Origin: Candidatus Baldrarchaeota archaeon
GTDB taxonomy: Archaea; Asgardarchaeota; Baldrarchaeia; Baldrarchaeales; DXJG01
Reading direction: 5' to 3'
Length of the DNA stretch: 32,000 nucleotides
NCBI GenBank assembly: GCA_019056805.1
Contig: DXJG01000002.1
Span: 493,103-525,102, forward strand
Shown here one piece after another: positions 1 to 10,037 of this stretch. The notes under the pieces are model-generated. The model did no database searches. It was not told the DNA's origin and worked only from the letters and a program-made list of their open reading frames with translations. Within the stretch, counting starts at the first letter, position 1; each line of letters begins with the position of its first letter. Made by a program: the position numbers and the translations under genes.

Positions 1-390
1 GTTATCTGGAAAGGAAAAAACGAACTTGAAGCAGATATAAGAGGAGCAAAATTAATTGTAAGAACAGTTGAAGAAGAGGAGAGGGGCCCGACAGCATCAG
101 AGTTACTATTAGCAGCGCTTGGAAGTAGTTTAGCAACAGAATTACTTAAAGAAGCTAGAAAAATGAGAGTCTCCATCAACAATGTAGAAATTAAAGTAAA
201 AGGAGTTCAAACAGGCAAGAAAATCCCAAGATTTACAGACATTAATGTACAAGTATCAACAACTACAGTTCAAGGTGAAGATACAAAGAAACTACAAGAA
301 TTAGTAAGGCGGTTAGAAAGAAACTCCATAGTAAGTAACACATTAAAAGAACAGACAAAAGTAAGGGTAAAAACAACCTTTGAAACATAG
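1..390 (+). CDS. OsmC/YhfA-like protein, 5'-partial; both family cysteines are Ser
   Basis: Frame 1 is open from base 1: VIWKGKNELEADIRG...GPTASELLLAALGSSLATEL...LERNSIVSNTL. This matches the OsmC pattern GPxPxELLLAALGxC...CxVSNTL with Ser at both Cys positions. The track start at 163 is internal. Confidence 0.75.
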   Translation, partial: VIWKGKNELEADIRGAKLIVRTVEEEERGPTASELLLAALGSSLATELLKEARKMRVSINNVEIKVKGVQTGKKIPRFTDINVQVSTTTVQGEDTKKLQELVRRLERNSIVSNTLKEQTKVRVKTTFET

Positions 391-424
391 AGAATTCTGA
401 AATCGAAATTACCAAGTGATATAC

Positions 425-955
425 ATGAGTGAAACTTCGAAAAAACATAAAGAAGAAGCTCCAAAAAAACTTACATTTGCAGTAATAACAGTAAGCTCAT
501 CAAGATACGAAAAACAAATGAAAGGAGAAAAAGCAGCAGACATTTCAGGCAATCTAATAATTAAATTATTAAAAAACGCTAACCACGACGTAAAATTATA
601 TAAAATAATTCCTGATGATATACTTGAAATAAGAAAAACATTAACAGACGCAATACATGAACATAAAATTGACGTTATAATATTTTCAGGTGGAACCGGA
701 GTTTCAAAGAAAGATGTAACAATAGAAGCTATCTTACCTCTACTTGAAAAAGATATTCCAGGATTCGGAGAAATATTTAGATTTTTATCATTTCAAGAAA
801 TAGGAACAGCAACCATCGTTACAAGAGCTATAGCCGGAATTTATAGAAATACCTTAATTTTTTGTATTCCAGGTTCACCGCAGGCAGCAAAACTAGCAGT
901 TGAAAAACTAATTTTACCGGAAGCACCTCACATAATAAAACACACAAAAGAATAA
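425..955 (+). CDS. moaB: Molybdenum/tungsten cofactor biosynthesis protein B (MoaB/MogA family)
   Basis: Motifs VITVSSSR, GGTGVSKKDVT, PGFGEIFR, PGSPQAA. ATG at 425 preferred over GTG at 416. Confidence 0.92.
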   Translation: MSETSKKHKEEAPKKLTFAVITVSSSRYEKQMKGEKAADISGNLIIKLLKNANHDVKLYKIIPDDILEIRKTLTDAIHEHKIDVIIFSGGTGVSKKDVTIEAILPLLEKDIPGFGEIFRFLSFQEIGTATIVTRAIAGIYRNTLIFCIPGSPQAAKLAVEKLILPEAPHIIKHTKE

Positions 956-991
956 AAGAATAAGAGATAAAGAGTGATAGCGAAGCTATTG

Positions 992-1168
992 CTATTCAAA
1001 TGATATGGCGTTGTTTGGACAAGCTGCTTCACATGCTTGGCACTCACTACATTCATCTGGGTTAGCTACGTATGCTTTGTCATCTTGAATCTCTAGAACA
1101 CCCATTGGACATGTATCGATACATGTTCCGCATCCAGTACATTTCTCTAAATCAATTTTCGGCGGCAT
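992..1168 (-). CDS. 2x[4Fe-4S] dicluster ferredoxin, 58 aa (not in ORF track)
   Basis: Manual translation MPPKIDLEKCTGCGTCIDTCPMGVLEIQDDKAYVANPDECSECQACEAACPNNAISFE gives two CxxCxxCxxxCP motifs. AGGTGA RBS upstream. Confidence 0.95.
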   Translation of the reverse strand: MPPKIDLEKCTGCGTCIDTCPMGVLEIQDDKAYVANPDECSECQACEAACPNNAISFE

Positions 1169-1459
1169 AGCTATTCACCTCAAAAACCTAACTTCAAATA
1201 CCAATATAAATTTTAGTACTCAAAATCGGGAAGATTAAGTTAAATCTAATCAAACCTAATACTATGGAAATACGTCTTTAACTTATAACTAAGTAAAAAC
1301 TGTTATATCCAAACGATTTACAAATAATTGCTAAATTATCACAAAGCATAATATTCCGTTTTTAAATTATAATTTACAGTAAAAAGATACTCAGGCTATA
1401 ATCGTTCAGAAATATATTAGCGTCTTTATAACGAGTTATGGTCCCATTGAGGTGTTTTT

Positions 1460-1894
1460 ATGAAGCTTCTAAGGATTAATGCTGGCGATAGAAGGGCAAA
1501 GGAGAAGGGAAAACTTCTCATACACGGCGAATGTATAAAAGATATGTGGCCACAATTTTTTGAAAAATTTTCGGAAGACCATTTTCCTGCTGCGGTGTGT
1601 TTAGAAGCAGAACACATGAATATGGTTGCCTTCAAATTAGCTACAATAATAAAAAACATAAAACCAAAAGAAGTAACAGTTCTAACGGTAGACGGTTCAC
1701 CGCATTGCGTTCAACTTCATATGATGGTAGAGGAAGTTAGAAAAATAGTAGAAAACTTAAGCCCCCATACAAATTACAAATATTATGTCGTAAATAAAGG
1801 AGAACTAATAGAAATACCTAGAGAATGCATAAAAACCAGTAGATACCTATCAAAAATAAAAAAATTAATTAAAACAAAACCAAAATACCAATAA
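1460..1894 (+). CDS. Conserved putative Fe-S-binding protein (stand-alone form of a domain usually fused to dicluster ferredoxins)
   Basis: HGEC...AVCLEAEH...KLATIIK...VTVLTVDGSPHC resembles the AADC...IGCPKLD...ITVVRMEVPCC pattern. GAGGTG RBS. Family assignment from memory. Confidence 0.55.
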   Translation: MKLLRINAGDRRAKEKGKLLIHGECIKDMWPQFFEKFSEDHFPAAVCLEAEHMNMVAFKLATIIKNIKPKEVTVLTVDGSPHCVQLHMMVEEVRKIVENLSPHTNYKYYVVNKGELIEIPRECIKTSRYLSKIKKLIKTKPKYQ

Positions 1895-1920
1895 CATTTA
1901 GAGTAGAGAGTGAATAAACC

Positions 1921-2607
1921 TTGAAAGTAGAACTCATAAGTTATACCCCGAATCCAGAACTACTTGTAGCCTCAGCTGCCAGAACATGCTACTCAAAAAA
2001 ACCAGCAAGCCAAATAATCAAAAAAATAACACACAAAAGAGCCAGCAAACTAATCAAAAAACTCGTAAAAATCGGGCACCACAGTATTTTAGAACACATA
2101 GCCTTCACCTTTAGCGTAGAAGGAATCTCGCGAGCATGCAGTCATCAGCTAATCCGGCATAGAATAGCGTCGTATAGTCAACAGAGCCAAAGATATGTAT
2201 CGCTTGAAAACACGGATTTTGTAATGCCTTCGACGATAAGAAAGAATGAAAAAGCGAAAGAACTATTCAATCGAATTGTGAAAGAAGCAAAGAACGCGTA
2301 TAAGAAATTGTTAGAGTTAGGAATACCAGAAGAGGATACAAGATATATTATTCCTCAAGCAGTGCAAACAAACATTGTAGTAACTATGAATGCAAGAGAA
2401 CTTCTTCACTTTTTTAACTTAAGATGTTGTATGAGAGCGCAGTGGGAAATAAGAGCATTAGCTTGGAGGATGCTAAGCATAGTTAAAAAAGTGGCACCAA
2501 CAATATTTGAGAACGCAGGACCACCATGTATATCAGAAGGAAGATGCCCAGAAGAAGATTTCCCATGCAAATTAAGAAAAATACTAGAAAAAGGTGGAAA
2601 AAAATGA
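1921..2607 (+). CDS. thyX: FAD-dependent thymidylate synthase
   Basis: ThyX signature SRACSHQLIRHRIASYSQQSQRY, plus GHHSILEH, MNAREL, AQWEIR. Confidence 0.97.
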   Translation: MKVELISYTPNPELLVASAARTCYSKKPASQIIKKITHKRASKLIKKLVKIGHHSILEHIAFTFSVEGISRACSHQLIRHRIASYSQQSQRYVSLENTDFVMPSTIRKNEKAKELFNRIVKEAKNAYKKLLELGIPEEDTRYIIPQAVQTNIVVTMNARELLHFFNLRCCMRAQWEIRALAWRMLSIVKKVAPTIFENAGPPCISEGRCPEEDFPCKLRKILEKGGKK

Positions 2608-3428
2608 AAATATCGACAAAACCAGTAATAGCCATAATAGGACATAAAAACTCAGGAAAAACACTACTAATAGAAAAACTAGTTAAAGAATTAGTAAAGA
2701 AAGGATACAAAGTGGCATCTGTCAAACACATAGGTAGAAAAGGACACGGATTCGACATGCCAAGAAAAGATACAACAAAACACCTAGAAGCAGGCGCAAA
2801 TCCAGTAATAGCAATAACAGAAGACCAAATAATAACAATAAAGAAAACTCATATCGAAAACCCCCTAGAAACTCTATGGGAAAATATCCCAGAAAAAATT
2901 AACATAGTGTTCTTGGAAGGGTTTTCAACCTGGACATTAAGTAATGAAAACATCCCCAAAATAATTTGCATTAGAAATAAAGAAGATCTAAAGGAATATC
3001 AAGAAAAAGCCAAAAATACGCTACTTTTTGGAAGTTTAAAAAGAATAGAAAATGAAAAAATACTACATATAATTGAAGACTTCCGTGAAATCTTAGAAAA
3101 AACCATATCATACATAAAAAATCAAGAGAAACTCATAGAGGTGTATAATCTTTTACCTAGATTAAATTGCGGGAAATGCCGATTCAAAACATGTTTTAAT
3201 CTAGCTAAAGCAATTCTAGATAATAAGGCTTCAAAAGAAGAATGTGTAGTGTTAACACAGAAAAAAGGAATTAAAATTTTAATTGATGGGAAAGAAATAC
3301 CAGTAACATCTTTTGTTGAAAAAATAGTGAAGACTACGATTTTATCTATGCTATCAACTCTAAAGGGAGTTAATATAGAGGATGAACAAAAGGCTAAGTT
3401 AAAAATAGAGGTAGAAACATCAAATTAG
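2604..3428 (+). CDS. mobB: Molybdopterin-guanine dinucleotide biosynthesis protein MobB with C-terminal Fe-S domain
   Basis: P-loop GHKNSGKT, VASVKH, DTTKHLEAGA, LEGF, and a C-terminal LNCGKCRFKTC...C motif. Start set at ATG 2604 (ATGA overlap with thyX stop). Confidence 0.9.
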   Translation: MKISTKPVIAIIGHKNSGKTLLIEKLVKELVKKGYKVASVKHIGRKGHGFDMPRKDTTKHLEAGANPVIAITEDQIITIKKTHIENPLETLWENIPEKINIVFLEGFSTWTLSNENIPKIICIRNKEDLKEYQEKAKNTLLFGSLKRIENEKILHIIEDFREILEKTISYIKNQEKLIEVYNLLPRLNCGKCRFKTCFNLAKAILDNKASKEECVVLTQKKGIKILIDGKEIPVTSFVEKIVKTTILSMLSTLKGVNIEDEQKAKLKIEVETSN

Positions 3429-3952
3429 ACTTTCAATCTAAACTTTATTTCTTCTTCTCCTCCAATCTTATCTCCTTTTCTAGCCCATAAAACCATAAAA
3501 TTACCATAAATATCCTTATTCATGTAGGTTTTTACATCTAAAATTTTAGTACCAGTTGGAAAACACCAATAAGCTTCACAATCATACTCTAAAGTTTCCT
3601 CCTCATAAATAGATCTATAAATGTTAACACCACGTCTAAATCTACCCTTAAAATTAATTATCCAAATGAAATAGGGAAGGGTACCACTACCTCGATGTTG
3701 AATATCCATAAAAATAACACGAGGTCTGACACGCACACCATTAATATAAAGCTCTCCCTCATCAAGAATTGACTGCATATTCGACCATAACTTGTCAACT
3801 TCACGAACAAATTCTTTCTCTTTATGAGTTAATTTACGATAATATTCCTCTTCATCATAATAATCGTAAATTAATGTCTGAAAAAACTCACCATTGTTGG
3901 AAACGAAGAAAAAACTCTCAGCGTGCAATGGAATAATTTTATCTTTTATCAT
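3425..3952 (-). CDS. Hypothetical protein (175 aa, aromatic/beta-rich)
   Basis: Long ORF filling the gap, protein-like composition, GGTGG RBS upstream. No motif recognised. Confidence 0.7.
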   Translation of the reverse strand: MIKDKIIPLHAESFFFVSNNGEFFQTLIYDYYDEEEYYRKLTHKEKEFVREVDKLWSNMQSILDEGELYINGVRVRPRVIFMDIQHRGSGTLPYFIWIINFKGRFRRGVNIYRSIYEEETLEYDCEAYWCFPTGTKILDVKTYMNKDIYGNFMVLWARKGDKIGGEEEIKFRLKV

Positions 3953-4069
3953 AAAACCACCACATTATATTGCAACAAAAGGAAATTTCGGTGTAAAACC
4001 TAAAATATGTTATGTTTGATGTTCTATCACTTAGCAGCCTAAAAATATTTATATTGTGCAGTTGAACTG

Positions 4070-4567
4070 TTAAGGTCTAAACCGACGTCGTGGAGGAGGT
4101 TTTATTCCACGTTTCTTCAATTGTCTTATCATGTATAGTCTAAAGAAGTACATGTAAACTGTGTAGAAGAACAACCCGTAAACCAGACCAAGAATAGCTA
4201 AAAATACAATACTAGAAGCAACTACGGATAATTGATAAGCTTCAATAAACGTAGCACTTCCAGTTACGGCATAGAGTAAAATATCACCTACAAACCTTGA
4301 TATAGGAAATAAAATAGCCCATGCCAATGCCATCTGTAAAAATGGAATTTTTACTCTTGAAATCAAAGGTGTCTTTAAATACACAATGTCAACAGGATAG
4401 CTAAAGACAGCTAATGAAACAAATGTTATAATAACCCATGTAATGGACATTGAAGTCATATAAAACCTAGTAATTAAATTCAATATACCAAGAAGTACAG
4501 CTGGTATTAAACTACACAAGACACCAAGCCATCTCATATAAATTAACTTAGGCGGCCTATGAAACAA
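4070..4567 (-). CDS. Hypothetical membrane protein (about 4 TM helices, basic C-tail)
   Basis: Alternating hydrophobic segments. TTG at 4567 after GGGGG preferred because the track start (4597) overlaps the upstream small gene. Confidence 0.7.
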   Translation of the reverse strand: MFHRPPKLIYMRWLGVLCSLIPAVLLGILNLITRFYMTSMSITWVIITFVSLAVFSYPVDIVYLKTPLISRVKIPFLQMALAWAILFPISRFVGDILLYAVTGSATFIEAYQLSVVASSIVFLAILGLVYGLFFYTVYMYFFRLYMIRQLKKRGIKPPPRRRFRP

Positions 4568-4583
4568 ATCTAAACCCCCAACT

Positions 4584-4760
4584 TTAACCAAACACATTTG
4601 AAATTATTAAGACTAAAATTATACCAGCAATACCTATGGCAATATACAATATGTTTATTTGTCTTTTCTTTCTTTGCCATTGCTCATATTCTTCCTTACA
4701 TTTCCTAGAACAAAATGTTTTCCCTTCAGCAGTTACCCGTCTACACCATAAACAATGCAT
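4584..4760 (-). CDS. DUF2116-like Zn-ribbon membrane protein (not in ORF track; true start may be upstream)
   Basis: Manual translation (VPPH)MHCLWCRRVTAEGKTFCSRKCKEEYEQWQRKKRQINILYIAIGIAGIILVLIISNVFG: HCxxC...FCSxxC, basic stretch, one C-terminal TM helix. Confidence 0.85.
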   Translation of the reverse strand: MHCLWCRRVTAEGKTFCSRKCKEEYEQWQRKKRQINILYIAIGIAGIILVLIISNVFG

Positions 4761-4891
4761 ATGAGGCGGTACACTTGTATATGTCTGTTTTTTCTTCGAA
4801 ATCCTTATCTCCCTCCAAAATTCTGAAATACAGATATCATTATGTCTTCATAATAGTAAACTAAAAAATAAAAAGTTGTTGAGAGTTATTT

Positions 4892-6358
4892 TTACTTGAA
4901 TTGCAGTGGCAGGTACATTACGAAGAAGACGTACCAGAAGATCAGTGTAGAAATCAGCAGGAAGATAAATGGAATCCACGTTGGCCTAACTTTCTCCTTA
5001 GCCGGGTGAATCTTTGGCAATAGGAACCAGTTCAAATACAGTAGCCCGACACAGTAAATGCACATTATTAACATGTTTCCGACACCGGTCAGAACAAGAA
5101 GCACTCCAGGTCTCTTTGCTATTACCTGATACATTGCTATTACTGTGAATATTGTAACTACAATGTAGTAAAGCTTTCTATATTCGATCTTCCTTGTCTG
5201 CGGGACGTTGGTATATATGTTACTTGCAACAGTCCTTGAAATACCGTCTAAACCAGTTAGATAAGTGTCAGCAAGGAAGAAGAATCCAAGTACATAGAAT
5301 ATATTTCTTCCAGCAGCTCCCCAGAGTTCAGCAAACCATTCGCCCTGAATTACAACTATATCGAAACCGGTGGGTATGAGGCCTTCTGGATGTAAAATAC
5401 CAAGAGAGAGCAGCGATGTCAAAACGATAGTTAGTGTATTTAATATAACTCCAAAAGCATTGTCGCACCATAGCCATTTAACCCAGGCTTTCCATTCATC
5501 TATATCTTTCTCTGTAAATGCAACTCCTACGCCTGGAATTGGTTCAGGTTTTCCTGTGATTGGGCTTGTTACTCTTCCGATTAGCGCAGACATTCCAGCG
5601 TTCTTGTCTCTAACCCAGAAGGAATAGTATAGGTTCCAGAAGCCACCAGCACCAGTGTAACAAATCAATGTAACAAGCTTACCTGTGTCTGCAGGATCCC
5701 AGTTTGGTGGTGTAAGTGGTATATGTGGTGTAAATAGAGCAGCAAAAAATTCACCAACAACTGCATGTACTGCTGGGGCAGCAATAACGATAACCAACAT
5801 TCCAAAGAAGCTTGCAATTGCTGCAATAGATTCTACAACTTCAACTATACGATATGCCACGGGACCTAACAAAAACAATATAAACACTATGATAAGACAT
5901 AGTTCCGCCCAGAAATGTGTTTGAGCTTTGTCCGACCATCCGGGTGGGAAGTTTGTAAGAGCTTTTAGCGCTGTGGCTCCAGCTGATATATATCCTCCTA
6001 TCCAGAAGGATACTATTATAACCATGACAAATATTAGCCATCCGAAGAGATGGTGTATTCTGTGAAATCCTTCATATATTGACTCTCCTGTCGCTATTGA
6101 ATATCTTGCTATCTCCAAGTTAACCCAGTATTGTAGTGATGCCCATATGAACATCCAGCCAAGGAAGTAGGTACCGTATTTTGCAACCATGTATGGCCAC
6201 CAAATTAACTCACCGCTACCTTGGGAAAGCCCTGCCCATACTAGTCCTGGTCCAAACATTGCTACCCATCCGGGCCACTTAGGCATATCTTTTACGTCCC
6301 ATGGTTCTTCAAGTTTGCCAGCAATTATTTCAGATGCAGATGGATTTTTTTCTGCCAT
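4892..6358 (-). CDS. Nramp/APC-superfamily secondary transporter (substrate unknown)
   Basis: FGPGLVWAGLSQGSGELIWWP...KYG N-terminal motif and about 11-12 hydrophobic segments. GGGG RBS. Confidence 0.8.
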   Translation of the reverse strand: MAEKNPSASEIIAGKLEEPWDVKDMPKWPGWVAMFGPGLVWAGLSQGSGELIWWPYMVAKYGTYFLGWMFIWASLQYWVNLEIARYSIATGESIYEGFHRIHHLFGWLIFVMVIIVSFWIGGYISAGATALKALTNFPPGWSDKAQTHFWAELCLIIVFILFLLGPVAYRIVEVVESIAAIASFFGMLVIVIAAPAVHAVVGEFFAALFTPHIPLTPPNWDPADTGKLVTLICYTGAGGFWNLYYSFWVRDKNAGMSALIGRVTSPITGKPEPIPGVGVAFTEKDIDEWKAWVKWLWCDNAFGVILNTLTIVLTSLLSLGILHPEGLIPTGFDIVVIQGEWFAELWGAAGRNIFYVLGFFFLADTYLTGLDGISRTVASNIYTNVPQTRKIEYRKLYYIVVTIFTVIAMYQVIAKRPGVLLVLTGVGNMLIMCIYCVGLLYLNWFLLPKIHPAKEKVRPTWIPFIFLLISTLIFWYVFFVMYLPLQFK

Positions 6359-6511
6359 TTCCCTCTACCCCTAACAATTTTTAATTTCACGTACCCTTTT
6401 CTCTACTATTATTGAACGGTCTTATATAATCTTTACGACCATGTTTAGGTACATTTTTACATATGAAAAGAACTCTGTAAAGTACTCGTGGAATACTCAT
6501 ACCAACTTATG

Positions 6512-6539
6512 TTTAATAATGCATATTTAATAATGCATA
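6512..6539. repeat. 14-bp perfect tandem direct repeat (TTTAATAATGCATA x2)
   Basis: Read directly: 6512-6525 and 6526-6539, centred between divergent genes. Each unit contains the palindrome ATGCAT. Confidence 0.85.
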
Positions 6540-6695
6540 ATTATCTTTATGTAAAAAATAAATTAAAAATTAAAGTTCTGTTCTTCCGATTTTTGACGTC
6601 GCTATATATCTGGTAAAAATAAATAACACACACTATTATTATGTACCATGATGTACCTTACCTAACCTAAGTAGTGTTAAAGGTGTAGATATGCG

Positions 6696-8072
6696 ATGAT
6701 TAAAAATTATTCAGAGCTAATTGAAAACGGCTTTACACCCAAGAATAGAGATGCAAGACGTATAATATTAGATTGTATTTTAGCTGCCTTAAATACTGTA
6801 GATCCCCCGAAAGCGATTTTCAACAATGTTAAACTTGAAAATAATACTTTATCAATTGGCCATTACAATTTTAATCTAGCAGACTATAAAAATATCTACG
6901 TTCTAGGTGGAGGAAAAGCAAGCGGCTTAATGGCTGAAACAATCGAAACAATATTACAAGACAGAATAAGCGAAGGAGTTGTAAATGTCCTAAAGGGAAC
7001 AGAAAAAAGAGTAAAAACAAAGAAAATCAAAATTAACGGTGCAACGCATCCAATACCAGGAGAAGAGGGGATGAATGGAGTAAAAAATATGCTTGAAATA
7101 GCCAAAAAAGCAGGTAAAAACGATTTAATTATTGTTTTAATTTCAGGAGGCGGTTCAGCTTTAATGCCATACCCAGCTGAACCTGTAACGTTAGAAGAGA
7201 AAAAGAAGGTTACAGACCTTCTCCTAAAATGTGGCGCTACAATAAATGAAATAAATGCTGTTCGAAAACACATATCAGCCTTTAAAGGAGGTCAACTTGC
7301 AAAAGCAGCTTACCCAGCGACAGTAATTAGCCTGATCATCTCTGATGTAGTCGGAGACCCCTTAGACGTTATAGCTTCCGGTCCAACTGTACCAGATACC
7401 TCTACATTCCAAGATGCCTATAAAGTCTTGAAAAAATACAATATATTAGATAAAGTTCCTAAAGCTGTAAGAGAAAGAATCGAGTTAGGACTATCAGGTG
7501 AAATCGAAGAAACTCCAAAGCCAGGCGACAAAGTTTTTGAAAAAGTATACAACGTGATCGTAGCCAGTAATAGAACAGCATGTCTAGCAGCGGTGAAAAA
7601 GGCAAAAGAACTAGGAGCGAATTCTATACTACTTTCAACCTATATCGAAGGAGAAGCAAGACATGTAGGCACGGTTCTTGCAGGAATAGCAAGAGAAATA
7701 CATGAATATGAAAATTTGATCAAAAAACCAGCAATTATCGTATGTGGCGGAGAAACAACTGTAACAGTTACTGGAAGCGGTAAAGGTGGTAGAAACCAAG
7801 AATTGGCACTAGGAGCAGCATTCAAAATCTCAGGTTTAGACGGTGTTGCTATTGGCTCAATTGGCACTGATGGTATTGATGGAATTTGTGATGCTGCAGG
7901 AGCTATTGTTGATGGTCAAACTCTAGAAAGATCGCAGAAATTAGGTCTTGACGCAATGGAATACTTATTGGATAACAATTCTTACGAGTTTTTCACAAAA
8001 CTTGGAGATGCAATTTTCACTGGTCCAACAGGAACAAATGTAAACGACTTGATGATTATTGCCGTTCTATAA
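6696..8072 (+). CDS. Glycerate 2-kinase (MOFRL/GckA family)
   Basis: GGGKAS, ISGGGSAL, ISDVVGD, IASGPT, GGETTV, GGRNQEL, TDGIDG, TGPTGTNVND. Confidence 0.93.
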   Translation: MIKNYSELIENGFTPKNRDARRIILDCILAALNTVDPPKAIFNNVKLENNTLSIGHYNFNLADYKNIYVLGGGKASGLMAETIETILQDRISEGVVNVLKGTEKRVKTKKIKINGATHPIPGEEGMNGVKNMLEIAKKAGKNDLIIVLISGGGSALMPYPAEPVTLEEKKKVTDLLLKCGATINEINAVRKHISAFKGGQLAKAAYPATVISLIISDVVGDPLDVIASGPTVPDTSTFQDAYKVLKKYNILDKVPKAVRERIELGLSGEIEETPKPGDKVFEKVYNVIVASNRTACLAAVKKAKELGANSILLSTYIEGEARHVGTVLAGIAREIHEYENLIKKPAIIVCGGETTVTVTGSGKGGRNQELALGAAFKISGLDGVAIGSIGTDGIDGICDAAGAIVDGQTLERSQKLGLDAMEYLLDNNSYEFFTKLGDAIFTGPTGTNVNDLMIIAVL

Positions 8073-8167
8073 TCCTATACGATCTTGTTAAATAAGATTG
8101 CAAAAGAAATATTATTTTAAATTTGGTTGGATTGTTTGATTAATGATTAAACTTGTTGGTGAATTTT

Positions 8168-9841
8168 ATGAATCTTAAAATCTTAAGAAGCCGAAACGTG
8201 ACAGAGGGAGTGGATCGCGCCCCTCATAGATCGCTTTTTAAGGCGTTAGGTCTTACAGATGAAGATTTATCTAAACCTCTTATAGCTGTAGCTAATTCGT
8301 GGAATGAAATAGTACCCGGACATGTACATTTAGAAAAAATCGCAGAAGCAGTTAAAAGGGGTATAAGAACTGCCGGCGGAACACCTTTTGAATTTAATAC
8401 AATAGCAATATGTGATGGCATAGCTATGGGACATGAAGGTATGAGAACGCCTCTTCCAAGCAGAGAAATAATAGCTGCATCAATAGAATTAATGATTCAA
8501 GCACACATGTTTGATGCCATGGTACTAATTGCATCCTGCGATAAAATAGTACCTGGAATGCTTATGGCCGCCTGCCGCCTAGATATCCCGTCAATAATGA
8601 TCACTGGTGGGTGTATGTTACCCGGTGTATATAAGGGCAAGGAAATAGCACTAAGCCAAGTTTTTGAAGCAGTGGCAAAAGTTAAATCAGGTGAAATGAG
8701 TGAAGAAGATCTTAAACTTTTGGAAGAATCTGCATGTCCAGGACCTGGATCTTGTGCAGGCATGTACACTGCTAATACAATGGCATGCCTTGTTGAAGCC
8801 CTTGGTATGTCATTACCAGGGTGTGGTGCGTGTCCCGCTGTCTATGCAGAAAAACTCCGTATTGCCGAAGAAAGCGGTAAACAAATTATAAAATTACTAG
8901 AAAGGGAAATTACCCCTTCAAAAATAATCACTGAAGAGTCTATGGAAAATGCGATTCGTGTTGATATGGCTTTAGGTGGATCAACTAATACAATTTTACA
9001 TTTAACCGCAGTTGCACATGAACTTGGAATAAATTTAACACTAGAAAAGTTTGATGAATTGGGACGAAGTACGCCTCACATATGTAATATGAATCCTTCT
9101 GGTCCACATTACCTAAAAGACCTTTACCTTGCGGGCGGGGTTCCTGCTGTTATGAAAGAATTGAAACCACTATTAAATCTTAATACTTTAACAGTAACTG
9201 GGAAAACGTTAAAGGAAAACCTAAAAAGCGTTCATGTCTTAAATAGAGAAGTTATTCGACCATTAAACAACCCATATCATAAAGAAGGCGGAATTGCTAT
9301 TCTATTCGGCTCGCTCGCACCAGAAGGCGCTGTAGTAAAACAATCTGCAATCGACCCAACTATGCAGAAATTCGAAGGAGAAGCTAGAGTTTTTGACAAA
9401 GAAGAGGATGCAGTAAATGCCATACTTAATAATGAGATAGAAAAAGGACAGATTATTGTTATAAGATATGAAGGACCCAAAGGTGGACCAGGAATGCGTG
9501 AAATGCTTTCTGCAACCTCCGCATTAGTTGGTGCTGGCTTAGATAAAAGTGTAGCACTTATTACGGATGGAAGATTTTCTGGAGCAACTAGAGGACCAGC
9601 AATAGGCCACGTTTCACCAGAAGCAATGGATGGAGGTCCAATAGCCATCGTGGAAGATGGAGATATTATCTCGATAAATATACCTGAGAGAAAATTGGAC
9701 TTAAAGATCTCTGAAGACATTGTTAAGGAAAGATCTTCAAAATGGAAACCACCAGAACCAAGAGTGAAAAAAGGGTACCTCTATTTATATTCAAAAATAA
9801 CAGAATCAGCAAGCAAAGGAGCAATTTGGAAAAAACTCTAA
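8168..9841 (+). CDS. ilvD: Dihydroxy-acid dehydratase / IlvD-Edd family dehydratase
   Basis: [60 protein letters not shown] 8168 follows GGTGA. Confidence 0.95.
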   Translation: MNLKILRSRNVTEGVDRAPHRSLFKALGLTDEDLSKPLIAVANSWNEIVPGHVHLEKIAEAVKRGIRTAGGTPFEFNTIAICDGIAMGHEGMRTPLPSREIIAASIELMIQAHMFDAMVLIASCDKIVPGMLMAACRLDIPSIMITGGCMLPGVYKGKEIALSQVFEAVAKVKSGEMSEEDLKLLEESACPGPGSCAGMYTANTMACLVEALGMSLPGCGACPAVYAEKLRIAEESGKQIIKLLEREITPSKIITEESMENAIRVDMALGGSTNTILHLTAVAHELGINLTLEKFDELGRSTPHICNMNPSGPHYLKDLYLAGGVPAVMKELKPLLNLNTLTVTGKTLKENLKSVHVLNREVIRPLNNPYHKEGGIAILFGSLAPEGAVVKQSAIDPTMQKFEGEARVFDKEEDAVNAILNNEIEKGQIIVIRYEGPKGGPGMREMLSATSALVGAGLDKSVALITDGRFSGATRGPAIGHVSPEAMDGGPIAIVEDGDIISINIPERKLDLKISEDIVKERSSKWKPPEPRVKKGYLYLYSKITESASKGAIWKKL

Positions 9842-10037
9842 ACTATACACGAATCGCTTCACGCGAAATAGATAAAACTCTCTAACATTTCATCTCTGCA
9901 TTCAATTATTATCTTCTAATTTATCTGGGAGGCTTTAAATTAAGCGAAACTCTTACCAAAAATTTAATAGGAAAAATATTTTATGGCAAATGAATAAAAC
10001 GTTAAAAATGGCTAAATTACGATAGAGGTGCTTAAAC

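Noticed and set aside
2526-2603. N-terminal extension of MobB given in the ORF track
   Set aside because: Overlaps thyX by 82 bp and is not MobB-like. ATG 2604 gives a normal ATGA overlap with an RBS.
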